From the NCBI RefSeq assembly GCF_032062105.1, contig NW_026933001.1, forward strand, positions 1-64,000: a DNA stretch of 64,000 bases, given 5' to 3'. Origin of the DNA: Saccostrea cucullata (Eukaryota). Under the pieces are notes generated by a model, which was not told the DNA's origin, ran no database searches, and was given only the letters and a program-made list of their open reading frames with translations. Made by a program: the position numbers and the translations under genes. Positions 22,201 to 35,600 of the stretch are shown in pieces (the first letter of the stretch is position 1; each line of letters opens with the position of its first letter).

Positions 22201-25200
22201 TTTTAAAATGCACATGTACATGTTATCAAAATCACTACAATGAATCAATTATTAAATAAAAACTGGTATGTTTCTCTCAGGGCCACAACTAAAGCTGTAG
22301 AAGCTGCCATTCAGTCTCGACAATGGCTGAAGGCTGTCCAGATTCTGGAGATACAGGACTCTTCCATGTCTGCCAAATACTACAAACAGATTGCAGATCA
22401 CTACGCTTCCATTGGCGAATATGAGGTGTGTGTGTTTCATTTTGTATGTTTGATGCTTTCTTAGTGTGTGTGTAAAACTTTTGACTTTTAATGAAAAAAT
22501 TGATTGATGCTTAAAAAAATGTCCAGTTTTGGTTAATAAGCATGGAAATTATTTATTTATAAAAAGTTTAAATCTTTCATAAGATTATGTATAATTATGT
22601 GTATTTGTTTTATGTATGATGACATGATGCCAAATAAATACTACTACTACTACTACTACTGTGTTGTAAAACAGTTTTAATGCATAAAATTAACCAATGC
22701 TATAAAAATTGTCCAGTTTTGGTTAATAAGCATGGAAAGCAGTTAACAGTTGAAATTCAAAGGAAGAAAGTATAAAAATTTAAAGATTTGTGTTTTTATC
22801 CGCAGAAAGCAGAACAATACTACGTGGAGGCTGGCTGTACTAGGGAAGCTGTGGACATGTACAACAATGCTGGAAAATGGGAAATGGCACACAAGGTAAA
22901 GGGCTTGTATTAAATAGGTCTTCATAAAAAGGGCAAGCACTTCTTTAAAAGCCAGCTGATGTGATTCTTTTGAATTTTATTTTTCCAGCAGTATTAGCAG
23001 TGGGTAATTTAAATCTACCTGGTATATATTTTTTAATTTTTATTAATATAGTTGGCCTCCACCTACATGAAATCAGATGATGTATCCACTCTGTATATTT
23101 CACAAGCACGTCAACTGGAAAGTCAGGCCAAGTTCAAAGAGGCTGAAAGGTTAGATTTATATATATATAAAAAGATCCTAAGGCACTGAGATGGAAAATT
23201 TACGGATACAGCTGTGCATATGCACAATCATACTGTTGTTTAAAGTTAATATTCTGGAGTTATAAACATTGAAAGATGGAGATTTTATCATGATATAAAC
23301 AATATATTGTGTATTTAGCAAGTTACACATAATGAATATAGAAGCATTAATTGACTATCTGTAATACTGACTGTCCTGATTTCAGGTTGTATGTAGCAGT
23401 TCAGGAGCCAGACCTGGCCATCACTATGTATAAGAAACATAAGATGTACGGGGACATGATTAGGCTGGTGAAGGTCCATCACCCAGACCTTGTACAGGAC
23501 ACACACCTACACCTCGCCAGGGTAAGGACCAATTTTCTATTTCTCTAATTTGCAAAAGTATGAATTTACGATGTTTTGGTTTGTATCTGCTACCTAAAAT
23601 GGTTTTATCCTCAATATGTACATTCATAATAAATTTCCATAAATATACACAAATTAAAACTGGTATGACTGTAATTAACAGGAGTTGGAATCAGAGGGAA
23701 ATCTACGACAGGCTGAGCACCACTTTCTGGAGGCTGGAGATTGGAAGGCTGCCGTCAACATGTACAGATCACAGGATATGTGGGAGGAGGCACATAGGGT
23801 GAGGGGACTCATTTATATATACTGTAGAAAGGGTAGTTTTGGCCCAGTGTTATTTATACCAAAAATTTTGTTATGTTTGAAATTTGCTCAGGCGCAATTG
23901 TGTGTAGCATATAATACTGTGGTCTTTGAATTCACCAATTTAAATAAGGGTAAGAACAGATTTTATCGGACAATAAAAGTTTCTATGTATACAGAGGTCA
24001 AACTTGAAGTTATGCAATAGCAACGAGTAAAAAATAGAGATTTGATACGTATCTCATATAAAAACTGGAATGTACAGCAATTCCAATTTGTATGAAATAG
24101 GTAAACCAGTTACATCTTAATTCTAAACTTGAAGATTTATCAATTTCACAGAGAAAGAAATTAAAAATGGTGTAAATGATACTTGTTTATAAATAGGTTG
24201 CTAAGAATAGTGGAGGGGCCACTGCTGCCAAACAAGTTGCCTATCTGTGGGCTAAAAGTCTGGGTGGAGATTCTGCTGTCAAACTGCTGGCTAAGTTTGG
24301 TCTTGTGGATGCTGCCATTGAGTATGCTTCAGAGAATTGGTGAGTGTACAGTGCTTCAAAAATTTACATGAAATGTTATCAGTTGTCCATAAATCTTTAA
24401 ATTACAGCTTGTCTAAATGTCTTACATTATTTTACTTAAGTTTTTTTTACAAGTTAAGAACATTTTTTGGGGTTTTTCTTCAATTAAGAAAAAGTTTTAC
24501 TTTAAATTTACAATTAATTTTACCCAAATATTTATTTTAATTTTTTAAGGTATATCTTTAAAGTTTTAATGATTTTACTAAAAATGTTCACCCCTTTAAT
24601 CTTCAAAAAGTTCTTGTGTATTCTGATGTTTAAATGTTTATCTCTGAAATATTGTATAGTCATTTGAAGTTGTTTGTTTTATTTCAGTGCCTTTGACTTT
24701 GCTTTTGAGCTGGCACGTTTGGCCAACAAGAACAAACTCCCCGAGATCCATCTGAAGCATGCCATGTACCTGGAGGATGAGGGAAGGTTCCACGAGGCTG
24801 AGGCTGAATTCATCAAGGCCGGAAAACCCAAGGAGGCCGTCCTTATGTAAGTCATTCAGAGAAGGATACCTGTTTATGCAAATTCTTCAAGTCAGATATG
24901 TTTGCTAAAAGTCAGTCCTTGTAAATATAATTTCAGTTCCTGGCTTTACAGTCTTGCACATGCACTTTTAATAAATTATGCATTTCTGTAAGGAAATGAA
25001 ATATTTCCATGTGTTCACTGTACTTTATACTGTAATTTTGACCTATCCAGGTATGTCCATAACCAGGATTGGGACTCGGCCCAGCGAGTTGCTGAGCAGA
25101 GTGACCCAGACTCAGTGGCTGATGTTCTTGTAGGACAGGCTCGATTTGCCTTTGAGGAGAAGGAGTACGCTAAGGCTGAGTCTTATCTGTTACGTGCCCA

Positions 25201-28200
25201 AAGACCGGAGCTGGCTGTCAAATATTATAAGGTACTCTATACTTTATTTCCAGCAGAAATGTTTATGTACACAGAAATGCATTTTAAAAAATGTTCAAGA
25301 TGTTTTGTAAAATCAGTTGTATGAAGTTAGATTTCAACTTTTAAAATGATTTTAAACCATGCATGGAAATTTTTTTTCTATGTACCTGTATAAGGTATAC
25401 TCTGCTAATGGACTTTGCAAAGAGCACTGACTTTTAGAGTTGACGGCTTACTTTTACACCAGGACAATATACAAAATCTCTATTGCAAAATATTTAGCTC
25501 AACATTTAATTAAGCAAAAATGAAGGGGTGAAATAAAGCAAATATAATTTGCACATTAAGAATTCAAAAACTAATACCACCTTTTACATGGTAGTGCCTC
25601 AAACACCATACCAATGACCACTATTATATAAAAAGTTTTATCGATTTTCAATTTTTTACCTCCATACATGGCACAGGTTTATATGTGGAAGTATATAGTC
25701 AACTTTTAAAGTCAGCATTCTTTGCAAAAGTCCTATAAAACAGATGTTAAGATGTCATGGTTATACATAGAATTAGCTGCAACTTGAAGGAAAATATTTC
25801 ACAACTTTACTATATAATTTTACAGGAGTCTGGCATGTGGCAAGATGCTCTGAGGGTATGCAAGGAATATATTCCCCACAAATTACAACACTTACAAGAT
25901 GAGTATGAACGAGAAATGGCTGACAAAGGAGGTCAAAGGTGAGACTATCCTCAGCAGGTTAATTTTCTAAGTTTGAAATTATAATGTATAGATGTCAGTA
26001 CATGTATTAATGGTACATTTTATATTTGTTTCAGTGGAATTGAGGCTATGGTACGACAGGCCCGGGAATGGGAATCATCAGGAGAATATGCCAGGGCAGT
26101 GGAATGCTACCTTAAAGTGACCACAAATTTGACTGATGATAGGAATGTGTTAGAGAAATGCTGGATGAAGGTAAATCAGATTTACTGAGATCAAACTTTG
26201 ATGGAGATATAAATAGATTTAAAAGGTATAATCAAAGCAGATAAGTAATGACGCCATATGTGATGTCACAACCATGACTTAAATTTCTTTTTTATGAATT
26301 TTACAGAAAAATGTACATATTTTGACAACAGGATTAATATTTTGATATAATGTGCAGAATGATAATATCAATGAAATATGTCGATATCGTTCCTGAACAA
26401 AATTGCGCTCTATAAATTTTAAAGCTAAAATTGTTGAAAATTGTTCATTTTTTCCCTCTTTCTGAAAAAGGATGTAAAATCGGACTAGTTTGTGACGTCA
26501 TATAAACAAAAATTGTGAATACACTGCTTTGACACTATAATATTTTCTGTTAATTTATATTTCTCATACAATTTATTGAATTCAGCACATTTCAGGAAGT
26601 TTTCAAAATTTGACTTTTGTGGGGGCAAATATATCAATATATTATTTAAAGAAATTAAACCAAATGTACCTCAAAAAGAGAGAAACATTTCATAAATGTC
26701 AGGTTATATTCCTGTAGAATTTTGAATTCTGCCTAAATTAATTTCTACAAAAAATTCTCAGTAAACTTTATCAGCAAGTCCAAAATCCAATTTATTGACT
26801 TTATAAAGTCTCATTATTTTTTGTGTATGTAGGCTGCAGAGCTATACCTGAATGTGGACTTGATTAAGGATGCCATTGACATGTTCATTGCTGCAGAAGA
26901 ATGGAATAAAGCTAAGAGGGTGGCCAAGGAGTTGGAACCAAGGTTTGTCTTTAATGACAGTTATGTAATCTATTTATGTGTAAGAATACTAAGTAGTGCA
27001 AATTTATTATAAGTATAGGTACATGTATGTCTGCATTCAGGAGAGTTTTATTTGAGAAAAAAATGTGCATGTACAATAAAATTTTGAAATACACAATTTT
27101 TTTCACAGATAAATGTATTTGTTTAACTCTTTAAACTGCCATTTTTTTCAGATTGGAAGCTTATGTTGATGAACGCTATAAAGACAGTCTTAAAAACCAA
27201 GGAAAGGCTGAACAGGTACATGCATTTATGTTTATTGGTATTATATTTTCTGATACAAAATTTAACCTACTGCAACTTCCCAACTGTACAACTTGCTCTC
27301 AAAAGGGATTTAATCTTTGTTCTAGCTTGCCAGTGTGGACGTTGTGGGTGCTTTGGATATGTACATTGAGAAAGGAGAATGGGAGAAATGTCTGGAAACT
27401 GCTGCACAACAGGTAGATTTGTGAATTAAAAATTTCATTATTAAATTTTTTTAGAGAGTCAAAGAGAAATATTTCTTCTAAGGATGTTTATAAAATTGTG
27501 TTCTCTTGCAATATCCTTTTGATTTATTTTATTCAGAATACAAAGGTTCTGCATAAGTATGCTGCACTGTATGCCACCCATCTAATAAAGAATAATGACA
27601 GTCGCAAAGCTCTGGAAGTGTACGCCAAGTATGGGGCACCTGCTAATGCTCAGGTATGTCTTTGACAATTATCAGTATTGTATGATCATTTTGGGTAATA
27701 TATATTTAATGAATATGTTAAATTCTGTTGAATTTTTATTGTCACATCTGTGAAGGTTTATGGCATACATATTTATGTAAGAGAAATATAAATATATGAA
27801 AGAAAAGTTGTCAAGTGGATGAACACATAAAAGAGATTAAACAATCTGACATTAAACTTGCTATTATGATCAAAATCCAAATACATGTAAGTGGAAGCTA
27901 ATCACATAGATTTGCAAAAATATTTAACTGGTTTCTTTAATTTCTATTGTAGAATTTTAACATTTACAAGAGGATATTCAGTGACCTTGTAAGCATGAGA
28001 GGATTAAACAAACCAGATGCTTACCACACCTGGGGAGAACTGAGAGATGTTTTGTTTGACTTGGTAAGAACCCAGACTTAATAAACTGGTTGCAATACTG
28101 AGTATTTCTTGAATAAAATTGTCTAATTTTAAAGCTATTGATAGAAATTTTTTCCAATTTTGTTCTTTGATCTCAAAGATATTATTTTTGCCTTTTTGCA

Positions 28201-30872
28201 AATGTGTTGTGGTTTTATTTTCATACATTTTCTATTTTTTCAGAAAAGTAGAGAACAAAATGAAAATGTTTTATGTAATATTTTATTTTGTCTAAAGATT
28301 TTGTGTCAAGATTTTTGTATAATGTGAGTGTTATTTCCTGCAGTGTGATAACATGAGTAAGGGTTCGGATGCTAACTCCCCTCAGCACGCCGAGTTTGAG
28401 TCCCTGTTGCTGATTGCTCATTACTATGCCAACCGTTCAGCATTCCAGCCACACAAATCTCTGGAGGAGTTAGCCACAAAGCTGGCTGTCAGTTTACTGC
28501 GGCACACCGACATAATCCCGGCCGACAAGGCTTTCTACGAGGCTGGAATGATGTGCAGGGTATTCATTACAAGTTATCATGTTTTGGTATTGCCCAGAAA
28601 ACTGTACATAAAACAAAATTTATTCTTATACTAATCTTCAAAATAATTGCTGCAAATTACAATTTGCATTTAAATTTGTTTGAAATTGTGACAGTGCTTA
28701 TAATTTTTTTTTGCAAAATTCACTTCTAGATAAGTATACCATATTAATCAGTTTTAAATGTTTGCCTTTGTAGAGTGTGGGTTGGGAGAATGCAGCCTTT
28801 GTTTTCTTGAATAGATACCTGGACATTTCAGAGGTAAGCAGTTTTCAAGCCCAGTAGCTGGAAGGAAATTGGCAGTCACATGTAGATATTCACATACATT
28901 TACAAGACTGTGAATAAATAATGTTTCAGTTGAATTTATGTTGTTATTTCTCTAGGCTATTGAGGAAGGATCTCTAGACATGTTAGACCACAGCGACTTC
29001 CAGGACACAGATATTCCATTTGAAATCCCACTCCCAGAAAAGCCATATCTAACAGTAAGTCTTGATTTATTTTTAGAAAGTCTGTAGATACCTAACTCAG
29101 CATACAATCTATTGGAAATGATATCTGTCTGCTTAGAAAAAATATACTTGTATATATGCAGTGTAAAAAAAATAATAATTAACTCTCCATACATAGAATT
29201 ATAAAAATGAAAGAGAAAATGATGTGAATACACATAAACCACCTAAACAGTATGGAGTTGCTCTGTCAAGTAACTATTTTAAAGCAGCATGTCAAATGTT
29301 TTCAGAGCCAGCAACATGAGGAGGTTAAGGAGTGGGTGTTAGCTGTCTCCATGGATCAGAAAGTGGAACAAGTCTTACCCAGAGACGAGCGTAACTGCTA
29401 CGAGGCATCCCTGATCGCTCCAGACACAGGAATTCGCTCTCCACCATGTGTGGTCACAGGTGAGTCCCCCTTTTGTCAAAATTTTTTCTCCATTGTTTTG
29501 TTTTCATAAGTTACATTTAGGAGAATACCTACAGTTTTTATAAATGTTTTGTAGGATTTCCATGGAAAAATCTACTGAATTTGAGAACAAATCACTACCT
29601 TATCATTAATGTTCAATTGTTAAAAAAAATCTGCACTGGCTATATGAGCAATTGTAAAATTAAGAAATCAAGTATATTTAAATTACCTCCTTTATCAATT
29701 TGTGAAGAATCATTTAAAATGTGTATTTATTTTTAAATATAATTCATTTTAAATTACATTATAAGTATAAATGTTTTGAAAGGAGAATTTTTGTCAGAAA
29801 AATTTCTGTTTTCGTTATTTGCTCAGGTTTTGGAACCATGAGATAGGATTACTTTATAAGTAATACCTCCTCCATCTATCAAATGCTTAAGGCAAAAGGA
29901 AACAATTGTGTCATTCATTGTTGAAATTTTTTATTTTTATTATTTTTTTCTCTATATATTGCAGGGTATCCAGTATTGAAAACTCCAATGGAATTCAAAC
30001 GACCAGGAAAGGTGGCTAACAAGGATGACTGGAACAAAATCATAATGGCTGCTAAGGTATTTTATCTTCTAGTGCTCTACTAGTTCGAGTCCTGTCAGCT
30101 TATACCTCTAACTAATCAAAATTTTAGGGAGAATATTGGAGACATGTGTTGATCTAGCAGTAAAAATAAACCCTTGAATCTATCGTGCATATGTAGGTGG
30201 GTGTTTAGTCTCAGGCATGCATGAGATGCTATATCTGACCCAGAGTCAGCAATGAAATATATTTCTTGCTCATTATTACAAGTAGTACATATATCCTTTA
30301 GTAAATACTTGTATTGTGACTTAGTGGATGCTTAATATTTTTCATGAGTTAATGACAGAATCCTGTTGGCTATGTTTCTGGCTATTACATGGACCTGAAC
30401 CAAATTTAAAAATTTGTGCATCAATGGGTACATGATCTAAGGCATGCATGTTACTAAACATGCTCAATGACTTGTTAAGTAGAGCATTTAGGACTCTGTT
30501 TGCTTGTTATAGTAGAGATCATACAACACTGACAAGCAAACATGATAAATATATATAAAAAAAAATTATGTATCTGATACATTCAGAATTATGCACACTT
30601 AATGCTGGTCAACTAGAACATCTTTACATGATTGAAAAATTTCATGTTTTACTTTTGTTCAGGCTGGTATGTCAGTCTCTAAGAACTATTGGCTAATATA
30701 TTTGAAAATTGAACACCTGTTACATTTTTTATGATGAAGACAATTTTATGTTGTATTAAATAATTTTTTTTTATCTTTTAAGGTTTCTCACAGCCCGGAG
30801 TTGAATGACATTCTGAAGTTTATTGGAGTCTGGTGTGGATCCACTCCCAATCCAAGTTATTCATTCCAGTAA
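10282..30872 (+). CDS. IFT172: Intraflagellar transport protein 172 (WD40 + TPR/alpha-solenoid), ~47 exons
   Basis: First exon 10282-10320 [13 protein letters not shown]. Later exons give [188 protein letters not shown], and a last exon 30783-30872 [25 protein letters not shown]. These are recognisable IFT172 segments with GT-AG boundaries. Confidence 0.97.
10702..11299. mobile_element. MITE with ~50-bp imperfect TIRs in IFT172 intron 1
   Basis: ctactaaacagagtatgatagagtactttagagtacgctag (10707-10747) is the approximate reverse complement of ctagcgtatactctgaagtactctatcatactct...acttagtag (11242-11294). Confidence 0.7.
11550..12022 (+). mobile_element. 5'-truncated, diverged pearl/HINE element
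   Basis: Degenerate 167-bp units (aaatcatgaccc..gggtagggtggg..caca; gcatcct..ggtagtgtag) and the family 3' end TCAGGTGAGTGTTGTGGCCCATTGGCCTCTTG. Confidence 0.7.
12737..12997. mobile_element. Foldback/MITE with ~80-bp inverted arms
   Basis: Left arm gcatatgc..caatctgattaaaattagatgtta..cactaatatcgaacaacatcccatagagggtcacatcaga pairs with right arm tctgacatgaccctctatgggatgttgttagatgttagtgtaacatctaattttaattagattgcatatgc. Confidence 0.8.
13861..15828 (+). mobile_element. Pearl/HINE-like element of a second family with ~175-180-bp tandem units
   Basis: Start AGGTCACTTGAGTCACTCAGGTGACCTAT. Repeated ccaaaattgtgaatttcatggcccc..ggtcagggg..atagtgaaaatgcatt..cttcttctct units across 14400-15750. End GCTCAGGTGACCTAGAAGGCCCATGGGTCTCTTGTT. 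Confidence 0.8.
17901..18360. mobile_element. hAT-like MITE with perfect 17-bp TIRs and 5-bp TSD
   Basis: CAGGGGTGTGCAATTAC ... GTAATTGCACACCCCTG, flanked on both sides by TTAAG (17896-17900, 18361-18365); subterminal TAGCCC motifs repeated. Confidence 0.85.
25408..25735. mobile_element. MITE with ~45-bp imperfect TIRs
   Basis: ggactttgcaaagagcactgacttttagagttgac vs gtcaacttttaaagtcagcattctttgcaaaagtcc. Confidence 0.7.
26227..26537. mobile_element. Small MITE-like insertion
   Basis: tataatcaaagcag ... ctgctttgacactata form short imperfect TIRs; internal gtgatgtca/gtgacgtca motifs near both ends. Confidence 0.5.
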
Positions 30873-31037
30873 ACTATTGTATCCACTCCCAAATCAAGTC
30901 ACTTTGTAGTGCTTTTTAGATCTGATATTTGTTATTGTTGATCAACTGTTCCTTTGACTGTGATGTTAAATGTGTCCGTCCTTAAGAAATAACTTTCTCT
31001 TTTCAGTGTTATCTATTATATAAAGTGTATAGAGCTG

Positions 31038-31043
31038 AATAAA
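31038..31043 (+). promoter_or_regulatory. Candidate polyadenylation signal of IFT172
   Basis: First AATAAA ~165 nt after the IFT172 stop codon. Confidence 0.45.
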
Positions 31044-32645
31044 AATGTGAAATGGAGGAGTGTCCATATATTTATCTGCAAAAGCCGTTTTCAATCTACT
31101 GTAAATTACTTTTTATTTGTGAGAACTTTATATTCACATAATTACGGGAGACAGTGTACTTGCAAATATATTATGCTCTTTATTTTTAAGTATTCCATTA
31201 AATTATATAGGGAAAAAGCCACAATTCCGGAAAATTTTGTCTTGGCAATGGAGAGTTAATGTCTACCATACGAAAGTATGTTTTTTTGTTTTTTTTTGAA
31301 AATTTAGTGATCTATAGTATGTCTTGTTAAAGGATTTGTAATGAAAAGTCAAATGCCTATCTCTTAAAAAAATCCAAAAAGGTTTGAAATTCATTAATGC
31401 GAATTTATTCATTCAAAGATATTCCTGTCCATCATACTGAAAATCAGGTTTATGTTGATTATCACACTACCGCTAGAACAAGTATCGCAAAAATCGCAAA
31501 AAAGAACCACAACCGCAAACTTACAAAACTCATGTATATTTTCTTAAATATCTAAGGCTTTATTCAGGGTTTGTTTGCTTTTCCCTAATAAATTACATTT
31601 CTTTAAAGAAATGTATACAATAAAGGACCTGGTTATATAAATTACAGTGCAATGGACACAATAAATATTATGCAAAATGGACAAGAAATCAGCTGACAGC
31701 TGCAATCATTAAAATTATAATAATTATTAGCTCTACAATCATAATGCAAAACTCTTACATGAATTTGGCCATATTTCATTGTTTCTTCTTTAATACATGA
31801 TGTGAAGAATACCTGGCCTAAGCCATTTCTACAAACACAATTTGCTTCATCGAAATTTCCTTGAAACAAAGTGGGGCTTCTTATCCCAAAAAGCATATCT
31901 ATAAATCAAGGCTGCATTCCACATTGACCCCAATGCAAAAAGGTCATTTTGCACACAAAGAACCACACATAAACCATTGCGTTACTTATCTCTTCAAAAC
32001 TTGTTGCGAGGGGATAAGAAGAACATACTAAGTGTGATCAAATCATACCAGATTTCAGTAAAACATTTTTTACAGTCCCTTGTATACAGGACTGAGATCA
32101 TAAAACATCAAAATCTGTATACTGTCCTTCAATGCCATTGGGGTCATACAGTTTAAAATAAAAAGGTATTTCAAGATGACAGTTTTGAATTAAATTCAGA
32201 ACACATCTTTCAGATGATTAAACTTTTGACTTTTAAAGGATTATTCTCTCTAAACCAGCCATTACTGGAAAAGAATTCTCAATATCATTGTAACATATGT
32301 AAAAACATTCAATAAAGTTTAGAAGTACACATATATACAAAAAAAACAACACATATTTACAAATAAAAATAGTATGCCTTGCTTTTTCATGTAAAAAACT
32401 AATCTTATGAAAAAGATAATCACAAAATAGTATACCGGTAAGCAGAATTTTTAGCGAGGATTCAATTTTGATATTAGTGAAGATTCTGAAATCAATGAAA
32501 TTGAATATCCCTATTAATAAGTCCCGTAATGGTTGCTACATCTTTCTCTTTTGACATTATAAAATCCCTAAAATTACTCCTCCGTAAGGGGTAAGTCAAT
32601 TCTGCGTCTGACTACACGGTATAATAAAGGGTGAGCATTGGTTGA

Positions 32646-35600
32646 CTATAACCGTGCCAAGCCATCAATCGTTTGATAAAGATTCTCGGAGTCCACAATA
32701 CAACCTTGTCTCGCGTAGTGTTTTAGCAGTTCTTTCCAAACACCGTCACATTTTAGCAGTTGTTGATTTCCTAAAATAGAAATTTAAAATTCTACATAAA
32801 AATTACGTAGCAATTATGGGGAAGCAATACTATATGTTCTTTCAAAAAGAAAAAGAAGATATTACCAGGGATTGTCAATTTATGTACAACTGAATATTTT
32901 AATGCCAATAGTATCAAAATTTAGACATCTCTTTCTTTTTGTCCCCCGCTTGAAAAGTGGGGGATATTAATTTGGGTTTGTCCGTCCGTCCGTCCGTCCG
33001 TCTTTCTGTCTGTCTGTAACGCTTTCGTTTCCACACGATATCTCGAGAACCCTTTGAGCTTTTGCAATGAAATTTAGCATAGCAACTCCCTATGGACTAA
33101 AGAAGACCCTATTGATTTTGAGGTCAAAACGTCAAAGGTCAAGGTCATAAATAAGCAAATTCTGTCTGTTAAAACACTTTCGTTTCCACACGATATCTCT
33201 AGAACCATTTGAGCTATCGCAATGAAATTTTACATAACAACTCCCTGTGGCCTAAAGAAGACCCCTATTGATTTTGAGGTCAAAAGGTCAAAGTTCAAGG
33301 TCGTAAATTTATACATTCTGTCTGTGTATAACACTATCATTTCCGGGCGATATTTCAAGAAGATTTTGAGCTTATGCAATGTAATTTTATACCAAAACTC
33401 CCTAGGACGTCTCTCGCCCCTCTCAAAGTGCCCCGCCCCGTTTGTTTTATTAGTATTTATAGTATTACATGTCGCTATTTTTAGCGCAGGGGCATGAGGA
33501 GAGTTATTGCGTATAAAACAGGTTCTCGGCGGACTTTATGTTCTTATTACATCTATTATAACTGTTTAATATTTTAAGGCTAAATAAATCAAACACCATG
33601 GATTGTGTAAAATTTTGAGAATACCGAACATGAAAACATGAATATATACATGTATGTGACTTCAGTTCTGCATATACTTCATAATGGACTTACAATTAGT
33701 ATGAAAAACGTCAGTCAGCATATGATTCAATGATAAATTGTATTTGCTGACAAGGTCATTGTATCGACCATAGAACTTACGAAATGATTACTTTAAACAA
33801 GCCTGCTGATATTCTTGTTTCATCAACTTGCTTATCAATAATTTACCTCGTTTTAGAAATTGTTCATACGTAGAACAGGAATGGAAATTACCATTGTTAA
33901 TTGACAATACGTCGTCGATATATCTAAAAGTCGAGTTGAAGTAAGTTTTTTCTTCCTTTCATGCATAAGATTTTGCACAAATTCTGCTTCATATGAATAT
34001 AAAAATAGGTCTGCTAATAACGGAGCGCAATTGGTACTCATGGGAATTCCATTAGATTGTTGGAATACCTGGTCTCCAAAAACCACATAGATATTGTCAA
34101 TCAGAAACTCAAGCATCTCTTTGATGTCAACTTCAGAGTACTTGTGTGTGCAATCAGAATGTGTTTTAACAAAATAATTTTGTAAATGACCAATGACCAG
34201 ATAAGTGAAATTACGAGTTCCATTTTTATTTTAAAAAGCAGCTCTCGATGATATCAAAAGGCCTGACTTTAATTTCTAGTGGGGAATAGTTGTGTTTAAA
34301 GTTGAAAAGTCATAAGTTTTTAAGCTGTTGATTGTTATTGTACCTATTATAATAAGTCCTTTCCTTGGCCTAGTAAGAGCCACGTTGATCTGATGTTGAT
34401 CAGTAATAAAGCCCAGATTCTGCATGCACCACCCCCGTGTTGGATGTTCCTCTATTCTGTAGTCTGGGAGGGACCGTACAGTGCTAAATATCACGTAATC
34501 CCATTCTCCACCTACAGAACAATAAGATTAAGCAGGTTAGATCTGGTATCGAAGACACGTGACATTCAAAAAGAAGAGGCTTGTAAAATAGATCTCCATA
34601 AAAATCTGAAATGCAAAATAGGCATAAAAAATAAAATAATTTTTTTAAATTAAGAAATAAATAAAATTTATGATTTAAATTTATAACTAGAAGTCTCTGT
34701 CGAGACTGTAGCTTTACTGGTTTGTATTTATCAAAAACCATTACACTATTTTATGTATCTTTGTGTAGTCTACTTGTGTGCCAACTTATTTTGAAATCAA
34801 ACTAAAAATGTAGAAGGAGTAGCGTTTTATAGGAATTTCACAGAAAATTCTATTTTTAGTAACCATGGTAACACCGTTCATCGAAATCAAAAACCGATGC
34901 ACTATTCTATGCATCTTAGTGTAGTCTACTTGTGTGCCAAGTTATATTGAAATCAGACCAAAACTAGAAGGAGCAGCATTTTAAAGGAATTTCACAGAAA
35001 ATTCTATTTTTAGTAACCATGGCAACACCGTTCATCGAAATTAAAAAGTGATGCACTATTCTATGTATCTTAGTGTAGTCTACTTGTGTGCCAAGTTATA
35101 TTGAAATCAGACCAAAACTGTAGAAGGGGTAGTGTTTTAAAGAAATTTCACAGATAATTCTATTTATAGTAACCATGGCAACACCGTTCACCAAAATCAA
35201 AAACCGATGCACTATTCTATGTATCTAAGTGTAGTCTACTTGTGAGCCGAGTAATACTGAAATCAGACTTAAATTGTAGGAGGAGTAGCGTTTTGAAAAA
35301 TTGTTTACAGACAGACGGACGGATGCCGGACGCATTACTATCGCATAATCTCTTCTGGTCTCTGACCAGTAGAGCTAAAAACATTGAAAAAGTAATGGCC
35401 CAAGAATAGAACCTTATGGCAGTCCCTTCTCATTTGGCAGGCACTCAAAAACCGTGATTTAGGTCTTCGTTTCCAACGGAAGACCTTCTACTGATTCATT
35501 ATTCTTTTTTTTCCTTCTACTTCCTAGACTCCAACTTTAAAGCTTCATATCTCACTCACTTCTCAATAAATTCCGCTCAAATTTTCAAAGTATATAGACG

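Noticed and set aside
22508-22740. ~40-bp direct repeat 190 bp apart in an IFT172 intron
   Set aside because: Simple local duplication with no element structure or coding consequence.
31642-31896. Cys-rich 84-aa minus-strand ORF between IFT172 and copy B
   Set aside because: No recognisable domain or splice partners; likely a chance ORF in UTR or intergenic DNA.
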